Source: Kiritimatiellia bacterium
GTDB lineage: Bacteria > Verrucomicrobiota > Kiritimatiellia > RFP12 > UBA1067
Length of the DNA stretch: 64,000 nt
Direction: 5' to 3'
Assembly (NCBI GenBank): GCA_050949565.1
Contig: JBMNFY010000017.1
Location: 704,001 to 768,000 of the forward strand
Below, piece by piece: positions 39,219 to 47,792 of this stretch. The position numbers and the translations under genes were made by a program. The notes beneath the pieces were generated by a model, which saw only the letters and a list, made by a program, of their open reading frames with translations, was not told the origin of the DNA and ran no database searches. Positions within the stretch are counted from its first letter, which is position 1, and every line of letters begins with the position of its first letter.

Positions 39219-41858
39219 TTGAAACCAGGAACCAGGAACCAGAAACCAACCTCTGCGTCTCTGCGCCTCTGCGTTAAACGGTCCATGCTCGCGCTTGCTT
39301 GCGCGGGCCTGTTCGCCGTCGCCGCCAGCGCCGCCCCGACCGGAGAAACGGCGGCTCCGATGTCGCCGCAGGATACGAACCCCTACATCACCTTCTCAAG
39401 CTCTTTAAAGTTCTATGTCTGGCCGCAAGTGGTAACGCCGGGCGGGAAGCTTTACTACTCCACCGACGCGAAGACCTGGAATCCGCACACCTCCCAAAAC
39501 ATGGAAGCGGCGATCGACTCGTCCGGAGTCTATAAGCTGTACGTCCGCGGGACGGGCAACAGACGGATGACGGATCCCAATAACCCCGGCTGGCAAATCA
39601 CCGCCCCGAATCCGGACACCCGGGTCGACTGCTCCGGCAATCTCGCGACCCTGCTCGACTATGCAACGGTGACCGCCGGCCAGCATCCGCCGATGGATGA
39701 CTACTGCTTCGCGAACCTCTTCGAGGGCTGTACGCTGCTCAGCAGCGCGCCGTCGCCGCCGGCGGCGAATCTGACGTATGCCTGCTGCCGCTACATGTTC
39801 GCAGACTGCACGAACCTGACGAACGCGCCCGCGCTGCCCGCCACGACGCTGGCTACCGAATGCTACAACTGCATGTTCGAGGGCTGCACGGCACTGACGC
39901 GCGCACCGGAGCTGCCGGCCATGAATCTGGCACTCGGCTGCTACGCCTTCATGTTCATCGGCTGCGGGAGCCTGACCAAGGCGCCCGCGCTGCCAGCCAC
40001 GACGCTGGCGCCCGCCTGCTACCGCCAGATGTTCGGCTCCTGCGGGAGCCTGACCAAGACGCCCGCGCTACCGGCCATGACGCTGACATCCTTCTGCTAC
40101 GGGAACATGTTCTACGACTGTCCGGGACTGACGGAATTGCCGGTGCTCCCGGCGACGAATCTGGCCGCGAATTGCTACGACAAAATGTTCCAGAGATGCA
40201 CGGGCATCAAAGTGTCCACCGCAGGCCCCGGAGTACAATGGAGCATCCCGAGCAACGCCAACGCGACGGCGGCAACGGACTGGAACTATAGGATGTTCGA
40301 CGGCACGGGCGGCACCTTCAAAGGCGCCCCGGATATCGGCACCCCCTACTACTATACGCTGCCCGGAACGTTCGCGGAACTCCCCGGCGCGACCAACGGG
40401 CTGTGGCTCTGCGAAATGTCGGTCCTCCCGGCGCACTCCAACACCGTCGTCTTCACGGCCGGCCAGACGCCGCCGCCCCCGCCCGGCAACCCGGACAGCG
40501 TGAACGGCCTCCTCCTGCTCGCGCCGCCGCCCGCCGGCCCCGTCCGCCCTCTGGATACACCGGCCCCGTCCGTCACGGTCCAGCCCCTGCGCATGACGGA
40601 TGGCACAGTGTTCCTCGGCGACGGCGGCTGGTACTGCCTGTGCGATAACTCCGCGTGCGCCTGGCCGGATTACGCGATGATCGGCTGCGATACCGTCAGC
40701 ATGGCGATGAACGGTGTCACGGGCGACACCCCGCTCATCTCCAAAGAGGACGCGCTGGAGATTTTCATGGCGCGACAACCCAGCATCCAGTGCACGATAA
40801 CCCAGCCCGTGGTGAATGTGACCTTTCCGTTCTTGTACGGCAAGGCCATCTTCTCGGTCAGGCCGTGCGGGGCCATCGGCGGGGTCTTCGGCGCGGAACA
40901 CGCCCCGTGGCATGAACCGGATTACGACGACTCATCCCTTTGCGGCGGGATCGGCTGCATCTGTGACGGCGGGCCGCGCTGGGACATCGGCTTCAACCAC
41001 TCCGCCGTCAACACCCGTAACCTCTCCCGCATCAAGACCGACAATGACGACGTGGACACCACCGAGCACTGTCTCGGCGTGGTCTGGAGCGCCGGCGAGA
41101 AGGTCAACCTCTTCGGCCTGCTGGACGACAGCTATCTGAACATGCCTGGTAAAGACAAGCTGAGCTTCACCTCCGACAACCTGACGGTCCACGACAACGG
41201 CGAACTGCTGTTCGGCGGCAATCCCAAGGATTTAGAGCCCCAAATCAGTCTGGTGAAGCTACACTACAGGCCCAACGAAAAAACAGACGTTATTTTCGAC
41301 AAGCTCTGGGTGGTCGTCAACAGACCTGACACAAAGACGAAATTCGACAACTGGTACGCGCAAAACGCCGACATCAGTTGGACGACAAGCCTGCCGCGCC
41401 CGTTCGCCAGCATCACCATTAATATTTCCGGCGGAACCACAAATGTTGTTAACCCGGAACCGAACCCATCCGTTATCGGTGGGTACTGGCACCCACCGGA
41501 AGCTAAGAACACCTACATGCACCATGACGCAAAATATGAGATGCGGTCCAAACCCACTTCACGTGGTCACGGCCATCAGGCGATGTACGACAATCTCGGT
41601 GCTCTGATTGAGACCCCTATTGCGGCGGGAACAGCGGACATTGTCGCACCGATTAATCATCGAGGACAGATTAAATTGAGTTGGGGGCACTGGGCTGGCG
41701 ACGTTCGGCCCTATATACAGGCTCTGCAACTTGACGGTAATCCGGTTCACCCCACAGACACTAACCAGAACTTCACCCGCCCCTGCATTTACAAAGGGCC
41801 AAACACGGACAAGTACGTCGAAAGACGCCCCGTTTTACCAACAGGAACACAGCCATGA
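39219..41858 (+). CDS. Secreted modular protein: BspA-type LRRs, Cys-rich middle, AMOP-like C-terminal domain (putative polymorphic toxin); start may be 39285
   Basis: About 7 repeats APALPATTLA..CY..MF..C..L; C-terminal HHDAKYEMRS..GHQAMYD..GALI..AGTAD..H..DVRPY..KYVERRP. Confidence 0.7.
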   Translation: MKPGTRNQKPTSASLRLCVKRSMLALACAGLFAVAASAAPTGETAAPMSPQDTNPYITFSSSLKFYVWPQVVTPGGKLYYSTDAKTWNPHTSQNMEAAIDSSGVYKLYVRGTGNRRMTDPNNPGWQITAPNPDTRVDCSGNLATLLDYATVTAGQHPPMDDYCFANLFEGCTLLSSAPSPPAANLTYACCRYMFADCTNLTNAPALPATTLATECYNCMFEGCTALTRAPELPAMNLALGCYAFMFIGCGSLTKAPALPATTLAPACYRQMFGSCGSLTKTPALPAMTLTSFCYGNMFYDCPGLTELPVLPATNLAANCYDKMFQRCTGIKVSTAGPGVQWSIPSNANATAATDWNYRMFDGTGGTFKGAPDIGTPYYYTLPGTFAELPGATNGLWLCEMSVLPAHSNTVVFTAGQTPPPPPGNPDSVNGLLLLAPPPAGPVRPLDTPAPSVTVQPLRMTDGTVFLGDGGWYCLCDNSACAWPDYAMIGCDTVSMAMNGVTGDTPLISKEDALEIFMARQPSIQCTITQPVVNVTFPFLYGKAIFSVRPCGAIGGVFGAEHAPWHEPDYDDSSLCGGIGCICDGGPRWDIGFNHSAVNTRNLSRIKTDNDDVDTTEHCLGVVWSAGEKVNLFGLLDDSYLNMPGKDKLSFTSDNLTVHDNGELLFGGNPKDLEPQISLVKLHYRPNEKTDVIFDKLWVVVNRPDTKTKFDNWYAQNADISWTTSLPRPFASITINISGGTTNVVNPEPNPSVIGGYWHPPEAKNTYMHHDAKYEMRSKPTSRGHGHQAMYDNLGALIETPIAAGTADIVAPINHRGQIKLSWGHWAGDVRPYIQALQLDGNPVHPTDTNQNFTRPCIYKGPNTDKYVERRPVLPTGTQP

Positions 41859-42598
41859 AAACCAAAAAAACAATTAGTCCTGCCCTCCTCTTCATATCTG
41901 TGTTACTGGTCAATCAGTGTCACGGACAGAGTAACGTCGTTTACTATGGAGCACACTCAAATTCGATAAGCGTCTCATTCGTTGACACAAATCTCTCCGT
42001 GTCGGCAAAAGCCTCCATTGTGGCTGATTTGCAGATATGCTTGAGCGAGTGGGGAAAGGGAGAGTTACGTTTATGGAACGAGGGTGACTATGTTGGATAC
42101 ATCGATAACCCCACTCGCTGTCCGCATTATCCAGAAGATATGGAGTTTCCTGAAAAGGTCGTATCAAACGGCGTATCAGGCTTAGCTCTGCATATCCCCA
42201 AAAACCTCAGTGACGCCTACACCAACGCCTTCGCGTTCGCTGCCGCGAACTCCAATATCGTGGCTGCGGCTTACGAGTTTGTGGCGTTCGTCTCTTCCAG
42301 TAACTTTGTTGCCCTCTCGTCGAATGCCCTTCCTGACTACGTCATGCAGAAAAACATGTCTACAAATGATATTGTCGAGACCGCTGACGAAATTTTCTCT
42401 GATCTTCAAAAGCAAACCTATTATCCACCAAGTATCCTGGGCTTTTATTATAGTCAAAGAGGCCCGTCTGTGTCTAACCTGTGGTTGCATGTTCCCAGCT
42501 CGATCAATCCACCTCTGGGAATGGACTGGCTTCCCTTCCCCGCGCTTTGGCATGAAGGAAAATGGCGGTTCTGTGTTTGGGACAACTGGGTTCAGTGA
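41855..42598 (+). CDS. Secreted hypothetical protein, candidate cognate immunity protein
   Basis: ATGA overlap with upstream stop; signal-peptide-like N-terminus; visibly lower GC. Confidence 0.6.
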   Translation: MKTKKTISPALLFISVLLVNQCHGQSNVVYYGAHSNSISVSFVDTNLSVSAKASIVADLQICLSEWGKGELRLWNEGDYVGYIDNPTRCPHYPEDMEFPEKVVSNGVSGLALHIPKNLSDAYTNAFAFAAANSNIVAAAYEFVAFVSSSNFVALSSNALPDYVMQKNMSTNDIVETADEIFSDLQKQTYYPPSILGFYYSQRGPSVSNLWLHVPSSINPPLGMDWLPFPALWHEGKWRFCVWDNWVQ

Positions 42599-42644
42599 CA
42601 AGTACATCGAAAAACGCCCCGTTCTGCCTTAAGGAAACAAAACC

Positions 42645-42750
42645 ATGAAAAAGTCTCTTTTAATTACCGCCATGTTTTGTGCTTTTTATTGCGCCGGACA
42701 GAGCAATATCGTTTACTATGGAGTACACTCAAACGCGATCAGCCTCGCGT
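42645..42750 (+). pseudogene. Truncated paralog of 41855..42598
   Basis: GQSNIVYYGVHSNAIS vs GQSNVVYYGAHSNSIS; homology stops at about 42750. Confidence 0.75.
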
Positions 42751-43032
42751 TGGATTTATGTCAATTGAATTTACTGCCTTATCAAACAGTGACAAATCCT
42801 CTTTCCCGTCTTTCAGGAAATATTTCGGAGATAATTCAAAACTCGCCTTGTTATTCCTAAACACAAAATGCAAAGACCATGGTGGAACAGGTGATCCACC
42901 ATCAATAAAGTATCGCATTATATAGCCAATAATCCTGTTGGGAGAGTCATGTTGCATCGAATATAGGGACTCTTCCGCATAGCAAACGTGTAAAGCCCAT
43001 TTATGCCCAAAGAACCTAGAGAAGAACCCCAT
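42739..43032 (-). CDS. Hypothetical protein in integron cassette 3, probably 3'-truncated
   Basis: GGAGG RBS, low GC, cassette orientation; the 3' end runs into the immunity-paralog remnant. Confidence 0.55.
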   Translation of the reverse strand: MGFFSRFFGHKWALHVCYAEESLYSMQHDSPNRIIGYIMRYFIDGGSPVPPWSLHFVFRNNKASFELSPKYFLKDGKEDLSLFDKAVNSIDINPTRG

Positions 43033-43165
43033 TTTACACCTCCAGTTGACAATGCCTTAAATCATGAAACTCGCTGTTGTCTATCCCTTAGAGCGATGCG
43101 TTTTGATGTGCTTGAATAGGGGCTGAACTTTCTCAGCATTCGACTTACCCTATCGTACGCATTTT

Positions 43166-43378
43166 CTAGGTAGGATCAACATTATGGAAATTGATTTCAA
43201 CCTTTTGTGCGCCATGTTCAAGCTCCGCAATCCGATTCTGGTTCGACACATCCTTTGCTTGAAGCCTAGCAATCTCTTTATGAAGACGTCTATTCTCTTT
43301 TTCGAGTTCAAGGCAGTAATCTGCAAGTTCTTGATCAGCAGTTTTGAGTTTCTCCGTGATGGCATCATCGCGTTTCAT
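43166..43378 (-). CDS. Small coiled-coil hypothetical protein, integron cassette 3
   Basis: Starts about 20 nt after GTTAGGG with AAGGA RBS; heptad pattern LELEKENRRLHKEIARLQAK. Confidence 0.6.
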   Translation of the reverse strand: MKRDDAITEKLKTADQELADYCLELEKENRRLHKEIARLQAKDVSNQNRIAELEHGAQKVEINFHNVDPT

Positions 43379-43397
43379 TGTTTGTTCCTTCTCATTT

Positions 43398-43484
43398 CCC
43401 TAACGTCACGCATGACCGGCGGTGTGGAGCCGCAGAGCGAAGCGGCGCGGCTTTACACCGTACGTGTCGATGCGATTGTTGGGA
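43398..43484 (-). mobile_element. attC site of cassette 2
   Basis: Minus strand TCCCAAC-AATCGCATCGAC...GGTGTAAAGCCGC..GCGGCTCCACACC...GTCATGCGTGAC-GTTAGGG; 87-bp imperfect palindrome. Confidence 0.9.
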
Positions 43485-43500
43485 TTCTATTCTTGGGATT

Positions 43501-44229
43501 CTATTCTTCAAGGTGTTTCTCAATAAGCTCCTTGATGTAAGCGGGCAGGTGCTTCTGAAGCTCCAAAGTTCTTTCCCTCAATTTGTCGTACACCGATACT
43601 TCAGCACCAGACCAGAGAATATCAGCCCGTCTGGTTTGCCTCATCGCAACATGTTCATATGAGTCAGGATAAGCCCAGTAGCATTTCTTGCATATTTGTT
43701 TGTCCTTTAGATCAAGCCAGTTTGCACAATGCTCACAAGACCACGACTTTGCCCGGTTTGCTGATCCCGAAAGAAGCATGTAGTCCGCTGGATCGTTCAT
43801 GTTCTCGGCATCGTCACCGGCGACCTCAAAAGGAACTCTGTGGTCGATCTGCAAATCCCTTTCAGGAAACTCCTCCAAATAGATGGCGCATCTTGCGCCA
43901 TCTGTTTCAATAAGTTTTGCTTTCAGCTCCTTGGAGAATGCTGTGCGTCCAGAAAGCTTCGAGAACCTTGCCTTCTTGGGATCTCCGAACCGATAGGCCC
44001 CAATGCTCCTACCGTCGGCGGCTTGCACTCGAAATGTCTCAAGCGGAATCCCTTGTTCGCGCACGTCTCGTGCAGCTCTTGGTGGATGATTGTACCCGTA
44101 CGTATTCTTCAATTCCTCTGTCGTAATAAAGCCATGCTTCAAAATGTGGTCTATAACAGTCTTGGGACGTTTTGCTGTGACTGCTTTACATTGCTCGACG
44201 AACTTCTTGGGTAAACGAGGCTTCTTCAT
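43501..44229 (-). CDS. HNH-type restriction endonuclease, SphI/NspI-like
   Basis: GYNHPPRAARDV, LQIDHRVPF, NRAKSWSCEHC.NW, C..CYWA.P..Y.HV; ATGA-coupled to the MTase. Confidence 0.8.
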   Translation of the reverse strand: MKKPRLPKKFVEQCKAVTAKRPKTVIDHILKHGFITTEELKNTYGYNHPPRAARDVREQGIPLETFRVQAADGRSIGAYRFGDPKKARFSKLSGRTAFSKELKAKLIETDGARCAIYLEEFPERDLQIDHRVPFEVAGDDAENMNDPADYMLLSGSANRAKSWSCEHCANWLDLKDKQICKKCYWAYPDSYEHVAMRQTRRADILWSGAEVSVYDKLRERTLELQKHLPAYIKELIEKHLEE

Positions 44230-45149
44230 GCACGTCCCTCCATCAAGCAAAGTTGTTCTCCACGCGTGTAGCGATAGAGCGTTGGGACGTGTGCAAGTTC
44301 ATCTGCCAATGCTGGGGAGAGATAGAGTGACTCTATGGTGACATCCTTCCTGCCCAACAGAGTCGCTTGAGATGAGCGTCCCGCATCAAGCTCGATCAGC
44401 GTCAGGTTCAACTCATCAGGCAAGGTCTTCCCATAGGATTTATCACCTGTCCGACCATCATAACTCACGATATACCTGATTTGTCTGGAGTTTAGTTCCT
44501 CCAATGCTTCCACAAATTCACAGAATTGCACGCTCTCCAAGTAGCGTGTGTCTCGATTGCCGCATACACCTTGATAAGGCGGATCCATGTAGACAAGGTC
44601 TTTAGGCTCAGCGAGTTTGAGTATATCTCGGTAATTGGCAGATGCAGTTGCAGTTTTACCTTTCAAGAAATATGAAGCCCCCATGATCTGCATTTTCATT
44701 GTCTGGGGCTTCATCCCTTTTCGCCTGTTGTCTGGGCTTTGATTGAATTCCCCGCGAGCATTGTAACGGACGGAAGCCTTGACACAGCGTGCCAGCAGAT
44801 ACAGAAACAAATGTGGGGCTCCGGTTCGATTGAATTCATCGCGAACCTTGACGTAGAATGCTTTAGGATCGGCAAGCTGATCGTTCCAGAGATTTGTATA
44901 TTTCTCTGCCAATTGGTCGGGTCTGTTGATTATTTCTTCCCAAAGGTCAATAAGCGGCTTGTTCAAATCGTTAAGATGAAAGCTCTGCGCCAAACCCGCT
45001 TCAGCTGTGGCGATTGTCATTGCTGCGGAGCCCGCAAAAGGCTCATACAGAACATCAATTTGTTCGGGGAAATAGCGCAGGATATCAGGAGCAAGGTTCC
45101 TCTTGCTTCCCTGATAGGGTATCGGGTGTGGCAGCTTCTTTAGTTTCAT
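44226..45149 (-). CDS. D12-class (Dam-like) N6-adenine DNA methyltransferase
   Basis: PIPYQGSK, EPFAGS (motif I), RYN..GEFN, DPPY (motif IV). Confidence 0.9.
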   Translation of the reverse strand: MKLKKLPHPIPYQGSKRNLAPDILRYFPEQIDVLYEPFAGSAAMTIATAEAGLAQSFHLNDLNKPLIDLWEEIINRPDQLAEKYTNLWNDQLADPKAFYVKVRDEFNRTGAPHLFLYLLARCVKASVRYNARGEFNQSPDNRRKGMKPQTMKMQIMGASYFLKGKTATASANYRDILKLAEPKDLVYMDPPYQGVCGNRDTRYLESVQFCEFVEALEELNSRQIRYIVSYDGRTGDKSYGKTLPDELNLTLIELDAGRSSQATLLGRKDVTIESLYLSPALADELAHVPTLYRYTRGEQLCLMEGRA

Positions 45150-45206
45150 GCGTTCAATCTATCCTTCTAAGGTCTCGAATACCAGTTTCATCTGTTTCTT
45201 CTCAAA

Positions 45207-45284
45207 TCCCAACGTCATGAGTGACCGTTTTTCCAAAGGCCATCTGCGGCCTTTGGAAAATATGTGTCCACTCAATGGTTCGAT
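45207..45284 (-). mobile_element. attC site of cassette 1
   Basis: Minus strand ATCGAAC-CATTGAGTGGAC..TTTTCCAAAGGCC-GCAGAT-GGCCTTTGGAAAA..GTCACTCATGAC-GTTGGGA; contains the cassette gene stop codon. Confidence 0.9.
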
Positions 45285-45727
45285 GATCTCTTTTCCTTCA
45301 AGAGTATTTCGAGTCGATCGGCCACCTTCCGCGCATTGCGCAGATGTGGCCACTTAATAGCCACATGATCATGTTGAGATGATGCCGTACTGATTTCAAT
45401 AGTGCCTACATCGAGCAGCGCCTCAAGAATGCCTTCGTATGCGTTGATTCCTACAATTTGGTCAAGTGGCGTACGAAGATCGATTGGTCCCGTAAAAAGT
45501 TTTTCAGTTCGGATTTGGTTGGAACTGATGGAGAACTTCCATGTTTTTTTTATGCCCCAATCCATTAAGACACACAACGATAATGTGCCCATTAGACCCG
45601 CAATAACAATCGTATGCCAGAAAAGCAAATCGATGAAAAAAAGAACCATGAATACAAAAAGAATGCTACCAAAACGAGCTGTGAGATACCGTCGGTCACA
45701 CCGAATGAATTGTGTTGATTCCGTCAT
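45272..45727 (-). CDS. Membrane protein with bacterial PH (bPH_2-like) domain, integron cassette 1
   Basis: Two TM segments, then PLDQIVGI..GILEALLDVGTIEISTA. Confidence 0.7.
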   Translation of the reverse strand: MTESTQFIRCDRRYLTARFGSILFVFMVLFFIDLLFWHTIVIAGLMGTLSLCVLMDWGIKKTWKFSISSNQIRTEKLFTGPIDLRTPLDQIVGINAYEGILEALLDVGTIEISTASSQHDHVAIKWPHLRNARKVADRLEILLKEKRSSNH

Positions 45728-45739
45728 TTTTTTCCTTTC

Positions 45740-45756
45740 ATCGAACAGTGTTATTG
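45740..45756 (-). mobile_element. Integron attI core site
   Basis: Minus strand AATAAC-ACT-GTTCGAT; GTTCGAT is the exact complement of the ATCGAAC inverse core of cassette 1. Confidence 0.8.
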
Positions 45757-45798
45757 AGCCTACCTCGCGAAGGCGGGCATACCCAATATGATGTCGGT

Positions 45799-45827
45799 AT
45801 GTTAGTCGCCCGGACGGATATGGTCAA
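45799..45827 (-). promoter_or_regulatory. Candidate cassette promoter Pc
   Basis: Minus strand TTGACC-17 nt-TAACAT pointing at attI. Confidence 0.65.
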
Positions 45828-45972
45828 GCGCACATTTTGTTGCCCGGCAACGCTTTAAACTTTGGGCTTGCCCGCTAGGTAGGCTTTATGCAAACTGTTG
45901 AAGTAGTCTTTGTGCGGCAGTGCGGCTTAAAAGGTGCCTACTAATCCACATAAAGCCTACTTGGAGGACGGC

Positions 45973-47415
45973 ATGGACGCTCTTACAATCGTGTTTGATG
46001 ACTGGGAGCAGGTTCTGGCGTCGACCCTTCCGCCGGATTTGCGCAAGCCTTATCGCGAAGCGATCGTAAAGTTCCGGTACTGGCTGCGGCAGACAGGAAA
46101 GACGCCGGATGCCGAGACGTTCAAGGAGCACTTGGATTGGAAAAAGTCATATCTCTCCCCGGACAGATTTGAAGTAAGGCGCGACGCTTTGCGATGGTAC
46201 TATAAGGAGGGCCTTCGCAGAATGAAAGCCGCAGGGCAGAACCCTTCAAAACCACTAACGCCAACCGGTTCTGCGCTTGTACCGAAGGTTCCGCCCAAGG
46301 CAAATCAGGCGCCTCACCCCGCGTCGAATGGGAACCCGCGCCCCGTTTTCCCGACCCGTGCCCCGACAGTGCCGGCCAAAACCGGGGCGGGAAAATTCGG
46401 CGACTACCGGACGTACGAGATGAACGACGTGCCGTCGGCGGGAGCGCGCGATTTGGGCGGCCCTCCATGGGAGCGGGCGCTCGTCAGTAGGATTCGGGAA
46501 AGGAACTTGGCGTGGACAAGCGAGAAAACGTACCGGGCGTGGTGCCGGCGTTTCATGGCCTCAATCGGCGGAAAGCCGATAAACAGCCTGGACCATAGCG
46601 ATGTGCGAAAATGGCTTTCCGGTTTGGCCGTGAAAGAACGCGTCTCCGTCTCCACGCAAAGCCAAGCTTTGAATGCCGTGGTTTTCTTCTTCCGCGAGGT
46701 GCTGAAGCGCGATCCGGGTGATTTCAGCGATTTCACGCGGGCGCGCCGGGGGCGGAAGGTGCCTTCTGTATTGACGCAGGAGGAGTGCAAGCGACTGTTC
46801 GCGGCGATGGAGGGGACCAGCCGCCTGATGGCGGAACTCATGTACGCGGCGGGGTTGCGGCTGTCCGAACTTTTGCGGCTGCGGGTGAAGGACGTGGATC
46901 TGGAGCGGCTGCAGCTCTCCGTGCAGTTCGGCAAGGGCGGCAAGAGTCGGCTGACCATGATTCCGCCGAAACTGGAGCCCGCGCTGAGGGCGCACCGCGA
47001 GCGGCTGCGCGGACTGCATGCCAAAGACCGCGAGGCAGGCATGCCGGGCGTGGAGCTGCCGGAGGCGCTGGAGCGCAAGTGGCCGAAGGCGGGCGAGAAG
47101 TTCATCTGGTTCTGGTTCTGGCCCTCGCGCAATCTGCTGCGCGACCACCGCAGCGGCATTGTCCGCCGCCATCATGTGCTGGACGTCACTTTCCAGAAAG
47201 CGATCCGCGAGGCGGTGGAAAGGACGGGCTTCGACAAGCGCGTGTCACCCCACACGCTGCGGCACAGTTTCGCGACGCACCTGCTGGCGAGCGGCGTCGG
47301 CATCCGCGACGTCCAGGATCTGCTGGGTCATGCGGACATATCCACAACGGAAATCTACCTGCACACGGCCAAGTATACCGGCATCGGCGTGCGTAGCCCG
47401 TTTGAAACATTGTGA
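45973..47415 (+). CDS. intI: Integron integrase with long N-terminal extension (480 aa)
   Basis: STQSQALNAVVF, LMYAAGLRLSELLRLRVKD, GKGGKSR, IntI-specific insert LPEALERKWP..RRHH, HTLRHSFATHLL, LGHADISTTEIY; GGAGG RBS; divergent from cassettes. Confidence 0.93.
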   Translation: MDALTIVFDDWEQVLASTLPPDLRKPYREAIVKFRYWLRQTGKTPDAETFKEHLDWKKSYLSPDRFEVRRDALRWYYKEGLRRMKAAGQNPSKPLTPTGSALVPKVPPKANQAPHPASNGNPRPVFPTRAPTVPAKTGAGKFGDYRTYEMNDVPSAGARDLGGPPWERALVSRIRERNLAWTSEKTYRAWCRRFMASIGGKPINSLDHSDVRKWLSGLAVKERVSVSTQSQALNAVVFFFREVLKRDPGDFSDFTRARRGRKVPSVLTQEECKRLFAAMEGTSRLMAELMYAAGLRLSELLRLRVKDVDLERLQLSVQFGKGGKSRLTMIPPKLEPALRAHRERLRGLHAKDREAGMPGVELPEALERKWPKAGEKFIWFWFWPSRNLLRDHRSGIVRRHHVLDVTFQKAIREAVERTGFDKRVSPHTLRHSFATHLLASGVGIRDVQDLLGHADISTTEIYLHTAKYTGIGVRSPFETL

Positions 47416-47792
47416 AAGGTTTTTACCGGATATGCAGTTGACCACTAGCATCCCATAGGATTCGCCGGCAACACGCCGTCTCCTATGATTGGCACACATT
47501 ATGTGGGGGAGGGCAAAACAGTCAATATGGAATTCTACGCGACAAAGGGGGGGGGGGGGCAAGCGAAGATGCGAAGACCCGAAGTTTGGAGGGGGCGGCA
47601 TGACTGCCGCCGGTCAAGCAGACGCTTGCCCCTCGCAACGTTCCGCAAGCCTGATCCAGACCGAAAGGGATGAGTGTCCCCCCCGATGTTATGAACCGCA
47701 AATCTCGCATTTGCCATAATGAATGGCATGTTGTATGATTAGATATTCACAGCCTTTAATTGTACAAAAGCATCAGGAAGGAGCACGTGACC

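Noticed and set aside
39690-40210. DGR template/variable repeat among LRR repeats or versus 1..240
   Set aside because: Differences are not adenine-specific and no reverse transcriptase is present
43033-43165. Third attC between the two small cassette-3 ORFs
   Set aside because: No RYYYAAC...GTTRRRY palindrome and no CCCTAAC inverse core found
47455-47490. Structured ncRNA downstream of intI
   Set aside because: Only a weak hairpin (CATAGGA..TCCTATG); no recognisable family
47547-47559. G13 tract as a phase-variation switch
   Set aside because: Intergenic, not within a recognisable promoter spacer; homopolymer length is unreliable
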